Shown piece by piece: positions 50,500 through 63,199 of a stretch of 64,000 nucleotides of DNA. Position 1 is the stretch's first letter. Each line of letters starts with the position of its first letter. A program made the position numbers and the translations under genes. Location: positions 248,001 to 312,000 of the forward strand of contig NC_043001.1 in assembly GCF_006345805.1 (NCBI RefSeq), in the 5' to 3' direction. The notes beneath the pieces are model-generated. The model was given only the letters and a program-made list of their open reading frames with translations. It was not told the DNA's origin and ran no database searches. The stretch is from Octopus sinensis. Taxonomy: Eukaryota.

Positions 50500-51648
50500 A
50501 TGAACCATATGGGGATCGACAGGACAATGTTTTTGGCTAGGATGGTCGACCCCAATGTCACTACAGAGAGCATTCGGATGATAGTAGGGAAATGTAAGAG
50601 GTGTCGATTGATCCTGCTCCTGAAATAGACCAACCAGGAAAGATTCAGGAAGAGGAAGAATGGAAGAGGCTGGCCAGTGATGTGACTATAGGGGAAAGAT
50701 GTACCTTTGAATGGTCGATAGTGGACCGGAGTGAATGGCTATATGGAGAGAAATCAGGGTGGAGACTGCTGCCGAGGTGCTAAATGCAGTGTTTTTGGAA
50801 AGAGGGACTGTAGATGAGCTATTAATGGATAACAGCAAAGTTTTTACGCCCAGAGCAGCCGAGAGAGATGCTTGGAAGATAGAGCACAAGATACTTTTTA
50901 AGAGCTGCATACAGACTAGGTTGAAATGGGATTGTGGAACGGCAACAATGTACGATTATAGCCATGGCTAGAGGGGACGAATCTCCTCTAAGGAAACAGT
51001 CTTTTAGTATAACATGACACCTAGTGTAGGGCAAGCCGAAGAATCGGTCCCGCACAGGGCAATATTCCGATACAAATCGAGACACGTGAGTGCAGTGCCA
51101 CAGCTGCTAGAAGTGGAAGGGACTGCATCTGTGAATGTTGGAGAATAAACGTGGATGAAGCCCCCGAATGCTCAGTGCTCAACGCATTGGGAAAAAGTAA
51201 AGGTGACCGCAATCAGTACCTTGAATAATGTGTCAATGGATGGAATGTCACGAACATCCCAGATATTCGAAGAGTGATTAGCTCTTCCGATGACGAAGGG
51301 GAAGGTGAAGGTGGCCCCAAGACCCTACAAAAATTTCTGAGGGAATGTTGTTCCCCCAGGTGGATGGATGATTACGAGGTAGAACAGGGGAGCTGTGATC
51401 TTTAGATCAAGGGGCGCATGGTGGAAAGAAGAAAGGAAGCAACAAGAGATGACGTCACGTCAGTGAGTGAGAAGATAAGTTTCTTTCTGCTTTTTGTTTT
51501 TCCTGTGGATGCGAGCAACGACAGATGTCAGTTGGAAACAGAGAGAGGTTGTGTGAACACAGGTGAAGAAATGATCAAACTGCCGGGGGTACCTGTTTGC
51601 TAGTCAAACTAAGAACAATTTTATTTACATGCTTTCACACACACAACA
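50500..51648 (+). mobile_element. Degenerate LTR retrotransposon 3' end (integrase remnant, PPT, LTR)
   Basis: AIWREIRVETAAEVLNAVFLERGTVDELLMDNS resembles an integrase core; purine tract at 51381-51392, then TG (51394)...CA (~51648). Confidence 0.55.
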
Positions 51649-52407
51649 AATGTAAGAAAACAAAAAGAGATGAAAAATTGATATCAGGATGAATTATTAA
51701 GATCCCTTTTATCTAAAGGACTACATTTTGAATACACCATTACTAAATTTTCATTTAGCAGGGAAGGCTGTTATGAATTATAATATCCTATCATTAATTC
51801 CTTCCTACAATAGAAAATATATTTATATAAAATAAAAAAAATATATAAATATATCATTTTGTATTAAGTATGAAAGTGCAGCATAGTATAGAACGACATT
51901 GATCGATGGATACTGTTGTTGAACAGTAATTATTAACAGATTAGATGGCAAACAGAAATAACGTTTCGATAAAAGCTTTATTTGAATTTATCTTTTGCTG
52001 TTTTTATTCCTTTGAAATAAATCTTGATTTAGTTATTTGGTGTACAATACGAAAGTAACTGAGGATTTGAGCTAACAGATATTACAATTAAAATTTAAAC
52101 AAAATGAAATAAAAATAAACATTCAATGTGAACTCAATAAATCTCATTATTAGAAATTTCTCCTCCCAGCTTGTGAAGTCTAAATTCTTTAATACTGTCT
52201 GAAAACGCCACTTTTAATTTTAATTTTCTTAGAGATTTTACATGTTTCGGTTCTTCTTGAAAAAACGAACCTTATCAAAAATAATTTTAAAAGTTAAGTG
52301 TAATAAAAAGTTCATAATTATTTCTTACTAGTCTAAACAGAGTACACAGTGTGTTTTTTTTTGGGGGGGGGAACATAATGGCTTCTTGCGCGTTGACTAT
52401 ATTTCAT

Positions 52408-53270
52408 CATCATCATCATCATCATCATTTAACGTCCGCTTTCCATGCTAGCATGGGTTGGACGGTTCAACTGGGGTCTGGGGAGCCCGAAAGCTGCACC
52501 AGTCCAGTCAGATCTGGCAGTGTTTCTACAGCTGGATGCCCTTCCTAACGCCAACCACTCCGAGAGTGTAGTGGGTGATTTTATGTGCCACCGACACAGG
52601 TGCCAGACGAGGCTGGCAAACGGCCACGCTCGGATGGTGTTTTTTATGTGCCACCGACACAGGTGCCAGACGAGGCTGGCAGACGGCCACGCTCGGATGG
52701 TGTTTTTATGTGCCACCGACACAGGTGCCAGACGAGGCTGGCAGACAGCCACGCTCGGATGGTGTTTTTATGTGCCACCGACACAGGTGCCAGATGAGGC
52801 TGGCAAACGGCCACGATCGGATGGTGCTTGTTATGTGCCCACAGCACGGAGGCCAGTCGATGCGGTACTGGCTACGGCCACATTCGAATGGTTTTCTTAT
52901 GTGCCACGTGCCACCGGCACTGGTACCACAAAGATACGAATTACGAATTCCATTGATGTTCATCTATTTTGATTTGTTTTGATTTTCACTTGCCTCAGCA
53001 GGTCTTCACAAGTGTCACAAGAAGGAAGGTATGCACAGGTGGACTGACTACGTCCCAGGTAGGGGCCATGGGTTATGGCCTGACTAGTCTTGCCGGGTCT
53101 TCGGATGGTGTTTTTATGTGCCACCGACACAGGTGCTAGATGAGGCTGGCGAACGGCCACGATCGGATGGTGTTTGTCATGTGCCCACCGCACTGACTAC
53201 AGCACTGATGGATTTCTTGTGTGCCACAGGCACTGGTACCACAAGATACAAATTCCATTGATGTTCATCT
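52408..53270 (-). mobile_element. RTE 3' UTR copy with expanded 62-63 bp tandem repeat
   Basis: (CAT)n end; four tandem units at 52585-52834 plus a fifth at ~53119. Confidence 0.8.
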
Positions 53271-53341
53271 ATTTTGTCTATTTTGATTTGATTTGATTTT
53301 CACATATACTTCTGGTATATGTATATATATATGTGTGTGTG

Positions 53342-53409
<68 letters not shown>

Positions 53410-53412
<3 letters not shown>

Positions 53413-53620
53413 GGTGTCTCAGAAGTCGCACACCACCCTGGTTTTTTTTTAAAGAATACACTCTTACTGATTTCAAATACACGTTATTGAAATTAATCAT
53501 TACAAATGCTCAAATTGAGCAGCCTCTACAATAAAACCTGCAGAAAAAATATAATAAAATAAAATGTTTTAGTTATTTTAAATGGAAACTAGAATGATGC
53601 GCGACTTCTGGGACACCTTG
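53410..53620. mobile_element. Tc1/mariner-type MITE
   Basis: TIRs CAGGGTGTCTCAGAAGTCGC / GCGACTTCTGGGACACCTTG; TA on the left side. Confidence 0.75.
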
Positions 53621-53789
53621 TGTGTGCGTGTATATATATAGCATATATATTTATGTATATGTGTATATATATGTGTGTGTATATATATATATTTTTTTTT
53701 TAAGTTTTAGCTCAGAGCTGCAGCCATACTGATGCACTGTCATTTTGCGCTACAGTTATTACTAGGAGCCTCCTCTAATATGTGGCACT

Positions 53790-55700
53790 TGATGAAGAAT
53801 GGAGTTTGATATAGCTACCCTCATTTGCACCTCTTACTGAGAGGTAGGCTCATCTGGGACTCTCGACAGGAAGACGTCCAGCTTTGATTTAAAAACCCCT
53901 ACATCTACTTTGTGCAAGTTCCTCATACTCTTTTGGGAGAATATTAAAAAGCTGTGGGCCCCTGAAACCCAGGCTGTTGCAGTAACTGGTCCTGAAGCGT
54001 GATGGCATTGCTGGGATCTTTGGCACCATACAGAGTCGTCCTGTTCTGGCATTGGGGTAGCTTTCAATGCTAAAATTTGGCACAATTCCTTCCAGGATCT
54101 TCTAGATATATATTACTGCATACCTCTCCCATCTTCTCTCCAGGGAGTAGAGTCTTAGCTGTTTCAACCTTTCCCAGTAGCTGAGCTGTTGCAAAGAGAC
54201 GATCTTTGTGAATCTTCTCTGGATTGCTTCAAGGTCCGCTGTTAATCTCACACTGGTTGGTGACCATAGCTGTGAGCAGTAATTCAGGTGGCTGAGGATG
54301 AATGTCCACCAGAGGACCATCATGGTTCTTGCTCCTATTTGTTTTGGCCTTGTTTGGGAAAGTTGAAATCACCCATAAGAAATATGGTCACGTGGTGTTT
54401 CAGAGTCATGAGGATTTCTTTAATTCTTGTGAGGCAATCTTCAAACTTGCCTATGTGGTTTGGAGCATCCAGTGGGCAATATGTATTGCATATGATTATA
54501 TTATGTTGTCTTATGTATACAATTAGAGTGTCACATACCGAATTTGAGTATGACAGTAAGACCTGGGGTGCAAAGTCATCACGGATGTATACAGCAACTC
54601 CACCATGGCTCCTTTCTCTTCTGTCTGTTCGCAGTATGGCATATTTTGGTACGTGTACTTCTGCGTCCTCTATGTCAGGGCTGAGGTGAGTTTCCACAAG
54701 TGCTATGCATAGGGCTTGATTGCATGCAGTAAGATCTCTCAGGAAAGAAATTTTGCTTTTATTTTGATGCAACAGGCCCCAAATATTTAGTAAAAGTATT
54801 GGGGTGACGACTGTGCAGGCATTAGGGAAGGCCACCCCGTGTCTGTTAACTGTGGTGGTCTTGCATAGTGGTGTGCAAGGTTCCTTTTTTATGCCTGGCA
54901 CAGCCAGGTTAGCTGCTGGACAATCCTTTGCGCCATGCACAAAAAAGACTCTTGCTCAGTTGCTGCATTGCGCAGAACATCTGAGGAGCACACTTCTTTT
55001 CTGAATGTTTTCCTGGGAGACATTTCTTGCCTTTCCTCAGTAAAGTTCTTCTCTTTAAGGCCCCTGTAGTTCTGGCGGGGTGTCGGATGGGTAAACCAGC
55101 AGTTTTTGCTGTCCTCCCCATGCCAACATTTGCCCTGCAGGTAAAATTTACAGGTTCTTGGGTACCTTCTAGATTTCTTCTTTCCTGTAGGGTTTTAGGT
55201 GGCATTGGGTCCTCCAGATTTGGGTCCTTTGTTGTTTGTTTGGTGGGTTGGGGTTTCAGTTTTGGTTATTTTGCCTTTGTTTTTGTTTTCCGTCCTTCCT
55301 TTTTTCTTCTGTTTTTATAATTTCTCATTTCTTTGTAGGATCACTGGTACAGGGGGGGCTTCTAGTTACTTCTCCCTTGACTCCCCTATCCTTCTCTGCC
55401 TGGTCGTTCACCGGGGTAGGTGATCCATTTTCTTGAGGAACTTCTGGATTACAGAGACTTCCGGGTTCTTTTTCGTCCTCTTCATCCTTATCAGCCTTGC
55501 CTCAATAATTTTCAATTATGTTATCCAAGGTGTTGATGTGTGGTCTTATAAGCATGTAAGACCGGATAAATTCACTTTTCTTCCGCTCTGTCTGGTCAAT
55601 GGTTCTATGAAAGTCATTGTTCTTTAGTGCAGCAGTGATGATGTTGTTTGGCAGATCGCCACTAGCCATCGTCCATGCTCATAGCAGAAGATTCAACTCT
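53790..55700 (-). mobile_element. CR1-like LINE, internally deleted (5' region + APE fused to the C-terminus)
   Basis: ORF 54335-54940 is APE (LLLNIWGLL, ALVETHL, RSHGGVAVY, GDFNFP), immediately followed by HLNYCSQLWSP and LRLYSLERRWERY. Confidence 0.8.
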
Positions 55701-55739
55701 TTCTTTCCCATTTTGGTGCCATCTTTGTGTTTAAGCCCA

Positions 55740-56340
55740 GATGGGGGAGTAGAGGTTAGAGAGGTAATGTGAGATAGAGGGAGGTAGAGGAGAAGAACAG
55801 AAGGGGGAAATAGGGAAAAAGAGATGGAGATATGAAGGAAAGAGAGAGGTGCTATGAAGGAAATAGAGAGAGTGATATGGGGAAAGCAAGGGGGTGTGGC
55901 GTGTTAAAGAGACAGAGGAAGGGAAGTGAAAGAGAGACAGAGTGAGGGAGAGGAGGGGAATAGAGACAGAGTGAAGGAGAGGAGGTGAAGAGAAAGAGAG
56001 GCAGATTGAAAGAGAGGATGGGGAAGAGAAAGAGAGACAGGAAAAGATGAAGGATGTGAGAGAGAGGGAGAAACTGAGTGAGAGGAATGGGCAAATGAGA
56101 AGTATATGAAAGAGAGGGTGGTGTGACAGGAGGAGAGGTAGATGTGAGATGGAAGGGAAAGAGAAGTGAGAAAAGAGGAGGATATGGAAGGGAGGGTGAA
56201 AGATGAGAAAAAGAGTAAGATATGCAAGAGAGAGGAAAAGAGTAGGCATAAAGTGAGAGGAGCTGGAAGTGGAGGAATATATGTAAGGGAGGAGAGAAGA
56301 AGAGGGTAGATATGAAGAGAGTTGGGAAACGAAAGAAATA
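55740..56340 (+). repeat. Purine-rich (GA) low-complexity tract
   Basis: About 600 bp dominated by G/A on the plus strand. Confidence 0.85.
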
Positions 56341-56688
56341 TATAATTCTAAACTAATTATGATTATATTTCTAAAAAGGATTTCTAAGTAAAATTAAAGA
56401 GATAGAGCGAAAAAAAGATTAAAAGCGAAGTGGACACTGCAACAGAAGTTGAAAGAAAAAAGAAAATTATTCTCAGAAAGTAAACAAAGATGAAATCATA
56501 GCTCAGATATTAACTTAAATTAAAGGAAAATAAACAAATGAAAAGGATATTTATTTGCAAGAGGCAAAACTTCAAATTCTTGTCCTTGTACGAAGTTTTC
56601 TTTCAAAAATGAAACGAAAACAATTCTTTTTGCATCTTACATCCAGCTGGAATATATATATATATTATTATGTATATATATACATATA

Positions 56689-56734
<46 letters not shown>

Positions 56735-56751
56735 TATTATATATATATATA

Positions 56752-57130
56752 TCTTTATATATATAAAACTGAGAATGTGTGTCTGTCTGTCTGTGTGTTC
56801 TCTAAAACTTGAGAACTACACAACGAATTTCATTCAAATTTTACACATGCCTTATTTAGGGTCCGGAAAGTGTCATTGGCAGAAAAATTTTTTTAACTTT
56901 TTGCCTAGGCCGAGCCCACAGCAATATCATATCTTCTCCACTACGATTCCCTAAAACTTGAGAACTACACAACCAATTTCAATCAAATTTTACACATGCC
57001 TTACTTAGGGTCCATGTAGTTTCATGGGCAAAAAAATGTTCAACTTCTTGCCTAGAGCGAGCCCATAGCAATATCAGATCTTCTCCACTATTTCAGTATT
57101 ACGTGTTAAAAGTGAAACAAAAATATTTCT
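56752..57130 (+). mobile_element. Non-autonomous Helitron-like repeat
   Basis: TC(TA)..TATAAAA start, (GTCT)n, and a duplicated ~150-bp unit aaaacttgagaactacac...attttacacatgcc. Confidence 0.4.
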
Positions 57131-57739
57131 CTATTTTATGTCAGATACTTTCACTTTAACAAAAAAATAATAATAACAATTGAATTATATGTAGTAAGTA
57201 ATAATTAAAATCAAACTAAAGTATAATATAATCGTAACATAACAAAAGTAGAAATAGCAATTGGTATAAAATTGCATCAATGACTTGAACTTGAATAAGT
57301 GGTTTCACATGAATGGGAATAAATTAAAAATAAAATTAGCGGGCAGAAATGGAATAATCCAGATGGATAATAGAAAATTAAATTAAAGAAAAGACTATTG
57401 TCTATAAAGTATACAATGTAGAGAAAAAAGATTTGAACACCTGGAGGAAAGCACCTTCAAAAAGTGTCTTGGTGCGACTATAAAAGATATCTAATCAGAG
57501 GCAGTAAATTCGCCACAATAGAAGCAAGGTTCGAGTCAACGGAGCATGCAAGGGAGTACTCGACTCGAACTTGCAAAGTGGAAATATTTTATTTTTACAT
57601 TTATATCTGGGACATAGGACGTCCTGGAAAAAAATTTAAAATGCCCCCCTAATATATATATTATGTATATATATGTATATATATATGCATATATATATAT
57701 ATATGTGTGTGTATATATAGATGTATATATATGTGTGTA

Positions 57740-59900
57740 TTGTCTCTTGTGAGAAGTTTATGGACCGACATCTTCTCTAATGACACCACTTCGAAGCAGA
57801 GATGGTAAAGAACTTCTTTGTGATTCACAAGGAATTCTGCGAAGGTGGCAAGAACACTTAGATGAACTTTTCAATTAGCAGTCTGTAGTTAGTGAGGATG
57901 TTCTCAATCTCATCCGTGGATTACCCGTGAAGGCAGCACTCACAGAACTACCAAAGTTGGAAGAAGTTGCAGTGGCTGTCTCAAGGATGAATAATGGGAA
58001 ATCTCCGGGCATGGATGGCATACATGCGGAGTTGTTACAGCATGGTGGTGAGGAACTTCTGCAGCAACTTCACTCTTTGTTTGGTAAGATATGGGCTAGT
58101 GAATCTGTACATGAGGACTGGAGAGATACAGTAATGGTGGTCTTGTATAAGGGAAAGGGCAACAGGAATGATTTTGGTAACTATAAGGGAATATCATTGC
58201 TGTCTGCCGTAGGAAAGGTTTTATGCAAGGTACTTCTGGATCGTCTGCTGAAACACATTGCAGATTGTTTTCTTCCAGAAAGTCAATTTGGTTTTTGTGT
58301 GGGACGTGGCAGTGCTGATATGATCTTTTCAGCTAGACAGCTTCAGGAGAAGTGTGTGGAACATGGTCTGGATTTGTATCAGGTTTTTGTTGATCTGACA
58401 AAAGCCTTTGATACTGTCAATAGAAAAGCATGTGGAAAGTCCTCCAGAAACTTTGGTGTCCTGAAAAGTGCCTTGCTTTGGTTAAGTCTTTTCATGAAGA
58501 CATGAAGGTTAGGGCTAATGTTAGAGGGAAAATGTCGGAGCCCATTTCAATACAAAATGGAGTGAAGCAGGGGGCATATTCTGGCACTGACCCTATTTGC
58601 CATATATTTTGTGATGGTTTTCTGTATTGCATTCAGAAACTGTAGATATGGTTTTTACATCCATTATCAAACCTCTGGCAGCATATTTAATATCAGGCGC
58701 TTTGCTGCAAAAACAAAGGTATTTACCTCTATCATAAGAGACCTTTTGTATGCAGATGATTGTGATCTAGTAGTGCACACAGAGATTGATATGCAACACA
58801 TTTTGAATGCATTCTCTGATGCTTGCACTGCCTTAGGATTGACAGTCAGTCTCAAGAAAACTGTTGTCATGTACCAGCCTGCCCCTGGGGAGCAGTATAG
58901 TGTACCAAATATCTATGTGTATGGTAAACGACTTGATGTAGTTGATCAGTTTGTCTACCTGAGAAGCACTGTTAATAGATATAGCAATTTGGATGATGAA
59001 ATTCCATACAGAATTAGGAAAGCAAGTGATGCTTTCGGAAGGCTAGAAAAGCGCCTCTGGAGTCAGCAAGACATATGCATTAAGACAAAGATAAAGGTGT
59101 ACAAGGCATATGTGCTCCCTTCTCTTCTCTATGCCTGCGAGAAGTGGGTCACATATCGATACCACCTTAAACAACTGGAACATTTCCATCAGATGTTTCT
59201 CAGATGGATCTACAGCATTAAGTGGGAGGACCGCATCAGTGATCTTGAAATATTGGAAGGCTCTCAGAGCAAAAGTATAGAAGCTCTTGTGTTAAAGCAA
59301 AGGCTCAGATGGAGTGGTCATCTTGTCAGGATGAAGGATTCAAGGATGCCAACACAACTGTTTCATGGAGAGTTAGCTAAAGGAGAATGCCCCCACATAA
59401 ACCAAAAAAGAGGTATAAAGACTTGCTGAAGGCTTCCTTAAGAGATGCTTGCATCTCTCCTGACACATGGGAGGGCATAGCTATTGATCGTAGCAGGTGG
59501 AGAAGGATTGTGCACGAGGGGACAGCTACTTTTGAGAAATCTCGAGTGCGCATGAGAAAGTAAGGAGGGATGTCAGGAAGGGCATCGTTGTTACACTTCC
59601 AGATGGGAAGGGTCTTCCTATGATGTTGACATGCAGTGTCTGTGCAAGACCCTGCCTCAGTAAAGCTGGACTCAAAAGTCATCTTTGTAGTCATAAAGCG
59701 AGACAGATGAGTGACAACCTGGCCATTGGTGGTGGTGTTACACACCATACTAATCATATCTGTCAGGAATGTGGCAGAGAGTGTAATTCAGCAGGAGGAC
59801 TTAAACGACATGCAAAGGTACATGAATCCCAGTTACAACTACTATTGCCATTAAAGATTTTAGCTGCCAATTATGTACAAGACATTGTAGATCTTTAGCT
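57740..59900 (+). mobile_element. RTE (BovB-like) LINE, 5'-truncated and frameshifted
   Basis: KSPGMDGI, LYKGKG, FVDLTKAFDTVNR, LLYADDCDL, RLRWSGH; C-terminal C2H2-like motifs. Confidence 0.9.
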
Positions 59901-59989
59901 GGGCGAAAAAGTCACATTCAATCACAGCACCAATAACAGTTAAGCTTTGTGCAATGGCCATACTCGATAACGAGGGGGAAGCCATCATA

Positions 59990-60240
59990 TATATATGCAT
60001 ATATATATCTATATATATGTGTATATATCTCTATCTATATATATATATATATATGTATGTATATATCTATCTATCTATATATATATATATTTATATATAT
60101 ATATATATATTTATATATATGTATCTATCTATCTATCTATATATATATATTTATATATACATATGTAAATATATATGTATATATATCTATATGTATATAT
60201 ATATCTATATATATATGTGTATATATATCTATATATATAA
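59990..60240. repeat. (TA)n/(TCTA)n compound microsatellite
   Basis: Direct reading of the sequence. Confidence 0.95.
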
Positions 60241-60460
60241 TTATAACAATAAGGGTTTTACAACAAGTTACTGACCACATACAGAAAATTTTAGAAATAG
60301 CAGCCAAAGGACTACTATTTCCTTTTTCTACAAAAATATGTCTCCACAGAGACATATCTTTGTAGAAAAAGGAAATAGTAGTCCTTTGGCAGCTATTTCT
60401 AAAATTTTCGGTATGTGGTCAAGCAATTTGTTGCAAAACGCTCATTGTTATAATTATATA
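60233..60460. repeat. 228-bp hairpin with 4-nt loop
   Basis: Arms symmetric about CACA at 60345-60348. Confidence 0.85.
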
Positions 60461-60621
60461 TAAAGAAACTTTTTGTATAAGTTTTTACTGAATATGGTCC
60501 TTTTCCATACCGAAATACTACTAAGTGAAATTTGTTGGTTTTATTGAATTAATTATCTTTCACCTATATCTGTAATATCTATATATATATGTATATATAT
60601 ATCTTTATATATGTATATATC

Positions 60622-60658
<37 letters not shown>

Positions 60659-60842
60659 TGAGTGTATTTTACCTTGTTAACAATTAACACGGATAAATAA
60701 ATGAATAGTTACCAGGGCAGCAAAAATCTCACAAGTAAAGATGTTGTAACTCCTTGTTTATAAAGGTTGAAACTTCGTGTTTACGTTGAATATTTTGAAT
60801 AATATGAATAAAAAATGGAGTTAACGTAGGTTTAAACAAGTA

Positions 60843-60938
60843 TTTTCACTTTCTACATATGTTTCGAAAATTCCACTGATACTATTCAAAAGAATAAAAG
60901 GTATAAACAATGCAATCTTCTCTTCGGGAAAGTGAAAA
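60843..60938 (-). ncRNA. Hammerhead motif with CCGAAGA core variant
   Basis: Perfect 11-bp helix I ttttcactttc/gaaagtgaaaa, CCGAAGA, 7-bp helix II, GAAAC-AUAU-GUA. Confidence 0.7.
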
Positions 60939-61133
60939 AACGAAACTCGTCAATACGACATTTTAGCAAAAAATGATGGATTCGTATAGCGATAGACAGA
61001 ACGCTATTAATATTGTTTAAAAAAACGTTATATGATATAACGTCATAAGTAGCTAACAGAAAGAGTAGGGATATTAATAGTGAATGTTAAATATAAAGGA
61101 AATTAAAGTCTAAACTATATATAATGATAGAGA

Positions 61134-62295
61134 CTACTTATATGCACTAAAAGTATGTTTCTGCCAATGCTTACATCTGTATGCTCGTTCTATAACCATG
61201 TTTACTAGAGTATTTTTAGAAAAAATAATGAAAAATAGCTCAGAATTGCAGAGAAGACAGAATTTCTTGCCTTTGTCATATGGTATCGAAATTGAGAGGA
61301 TCAACCATTCTAAATGAAATTGTTCATTGTGGTCTTTTAAATCCCAAATCAGTTTGCTGAGACCGGTACTATTCCGTTTATTTCTATCCCTAAATGTTGA
61401 GTAATGGATAGAAATTCTTTTAGATAACTCTAACGATGTGCTTCCAATGTAAAATCGTACTTTATTACGAGTACTGATTATACACTGGTATATAGAATTT
61501 TTAATCTTAGAGTTACTTGACATAAATTTAATTCTATTGGGATTGACTTCAGATACAATAACCTTGTTATTAATATTACTAGAGGGTTGGATGGTATTAG
61601 CTAAATTAATGTTAGTATTAGTAAATGTATTAATATTTAACAGTTTGTTATTATGAGAAGATATAATTTGCAAGAGATTTTTTGTGTTTGAAAAACCTAT
61701 CCTAACCTTATGTGAATTAATTATAGAGTAATATCTAGAATTGTTTGGAAAATTCCTAGCAATAGCTTGACGAAACAGCAGTGGGAGATTAGATTTAATT
61801 TGTCTCCCGTAAGGAATTATTAACCAAATATTTTTACTAGTATTCATAGCGTAATTACTTTTGAAGGTGTTATATTTACTTTTTGATCGGTAATAGGGGA
61901 ATAAATAAGGGTTATCTGTCTTCATTCGTTTTGTATCGGTGCGTAAGTTATGTTTGTTATCAATAATTCTTTTACGACTAGAAATCTTATCTACATTATT
62001 GAATTTACAATTAGACTGAGCAGAATCAATGTAGAAAATTTTTTCTGTATAACCTGCTTTGATTAAGGCAGAGTTATAGAATTCAGCGTTATTATTGAAA
62101 ATATCAACATTAGCAGATAATTTAGATAATCTAAATGAAATATTCTTAACTAAATTCTTAGTAATTGCTCCAGGATGATTACTAAATTTGCTAATGTACT
62201 TAAGATTGGTCAACGGTTTATGATATGGGAAGTAAGAGTCACTGTGTAAATTAAGCGTAATATCTAAAAAGTTGGCCTTCGTCAGATCGTCATCA
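61134..62295 (-). CDS. PLE RT C-terminus + GIY-YIG endonuclease (partial, no stops)
   Basis: [17 protein letters not shown] (RT), IYQC..FYIGST..KRISIH (GIY-YIG), CLLCNSE and CKH C-terminal motifs. The upstream part of the called ORF is microsatellite. Confidence 0.88.
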
Positions 62296-62365
62296 AATAT
62301 ATCTTTATATATGTATATATCTTTAATATATATATGTATAATATGTATATATATATATATGTGTG

Positions 62366-62501
<136 letters not shown>

Positions 62502-62514
62502 ATATATATCATCC

Positions 62515-63015
62515 CCATCATCATTGTTTAACATCCGCTTTCCATGTTAGCATGGATTGGACGATTTTGACTGAGGGCTGGCGAACCAAATGGCTGCACC
62601 AGGCTCCAATCTTGATTTGGCAGAGTTTCTACAGCTGGATGCCCTTCCTAACATCAACCACTCCGAGAGTATAGAGGATGATTGTTATGTGCCACCGGCA
62701 TGATGGCCAGTCAGGTGGTACTGCCAACGACCTCGCTTGAATCTTTTTACACATGCCACCAGCACAGGTACCAGTAAGGCGACGTTGGTAATGATCACAC
62801 TCGAATGGTGCCATTTTACGTGCCGCTGGCATGGAAGCCAGTTGGCTGCTCTGGCAACGATCATGCTTGAATGGTGCCTTTTAAGTTCTGCTGGCACGGA
62901 AGCCAGTTAGCTGCTCTGTCAATGATCATGTTTGTATGGTGCTCTTTGCACCCTGCTAGTATGGACGCCAGTCATCGAATTTGATTTTGATTGATTTCAC
63001 TTGCCTCAACAGGTC
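62515..63015 (-). mobile_element. RTE 3' UTR fragment
   Basis: catcatcattgtttaac tail and 3' UTR repeats. Confidence 0.75.
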
Positions 63016-63056
63016 TCCGTAAGCATACACACACACACACATATATATATATATAT

Positions 63057-63102
<46 letters not shown>

Positions 63103-63199
63103 GTCTGCCAAATACAAGCTTTCTTTTTAGGTACACGACACTGCTGTACTTCATCACAGGGTCTCACAGGTCCACACCTCCCACACCCACAGAGTTGGC

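Larger units (their letters stand above)
60660..62295 (-). mobile_element. Penelope-like element, 5'-truncated
   Basis: Open frame with RT C-terminus, GIY-YIG and a 3' pLTR carrying an HHR motif; TA microsatellites at both ends. Confidence 0.9.

Noticed and set aside
52585-52834. CRISPR-like array
   Set aside because: Whole units repeat with no unique spacers; embedded in a eukaryotic LINE UTR; no cas genes.
55731-56249. Long Ser/Leu/Pro-rich minus-strand ORFs
   Set aside because: Products of the purine-rich low-complexity tract.
57400-57652. Possible retroelement ORF1 remnant
   Set aside because: Coding-like, but I could not assign it to any family with confidence.
61134-62295. Selenoprotein-type PLE
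   Set aside because: No in-frame TGA in the visible ORF and no SECIS that I could identify.
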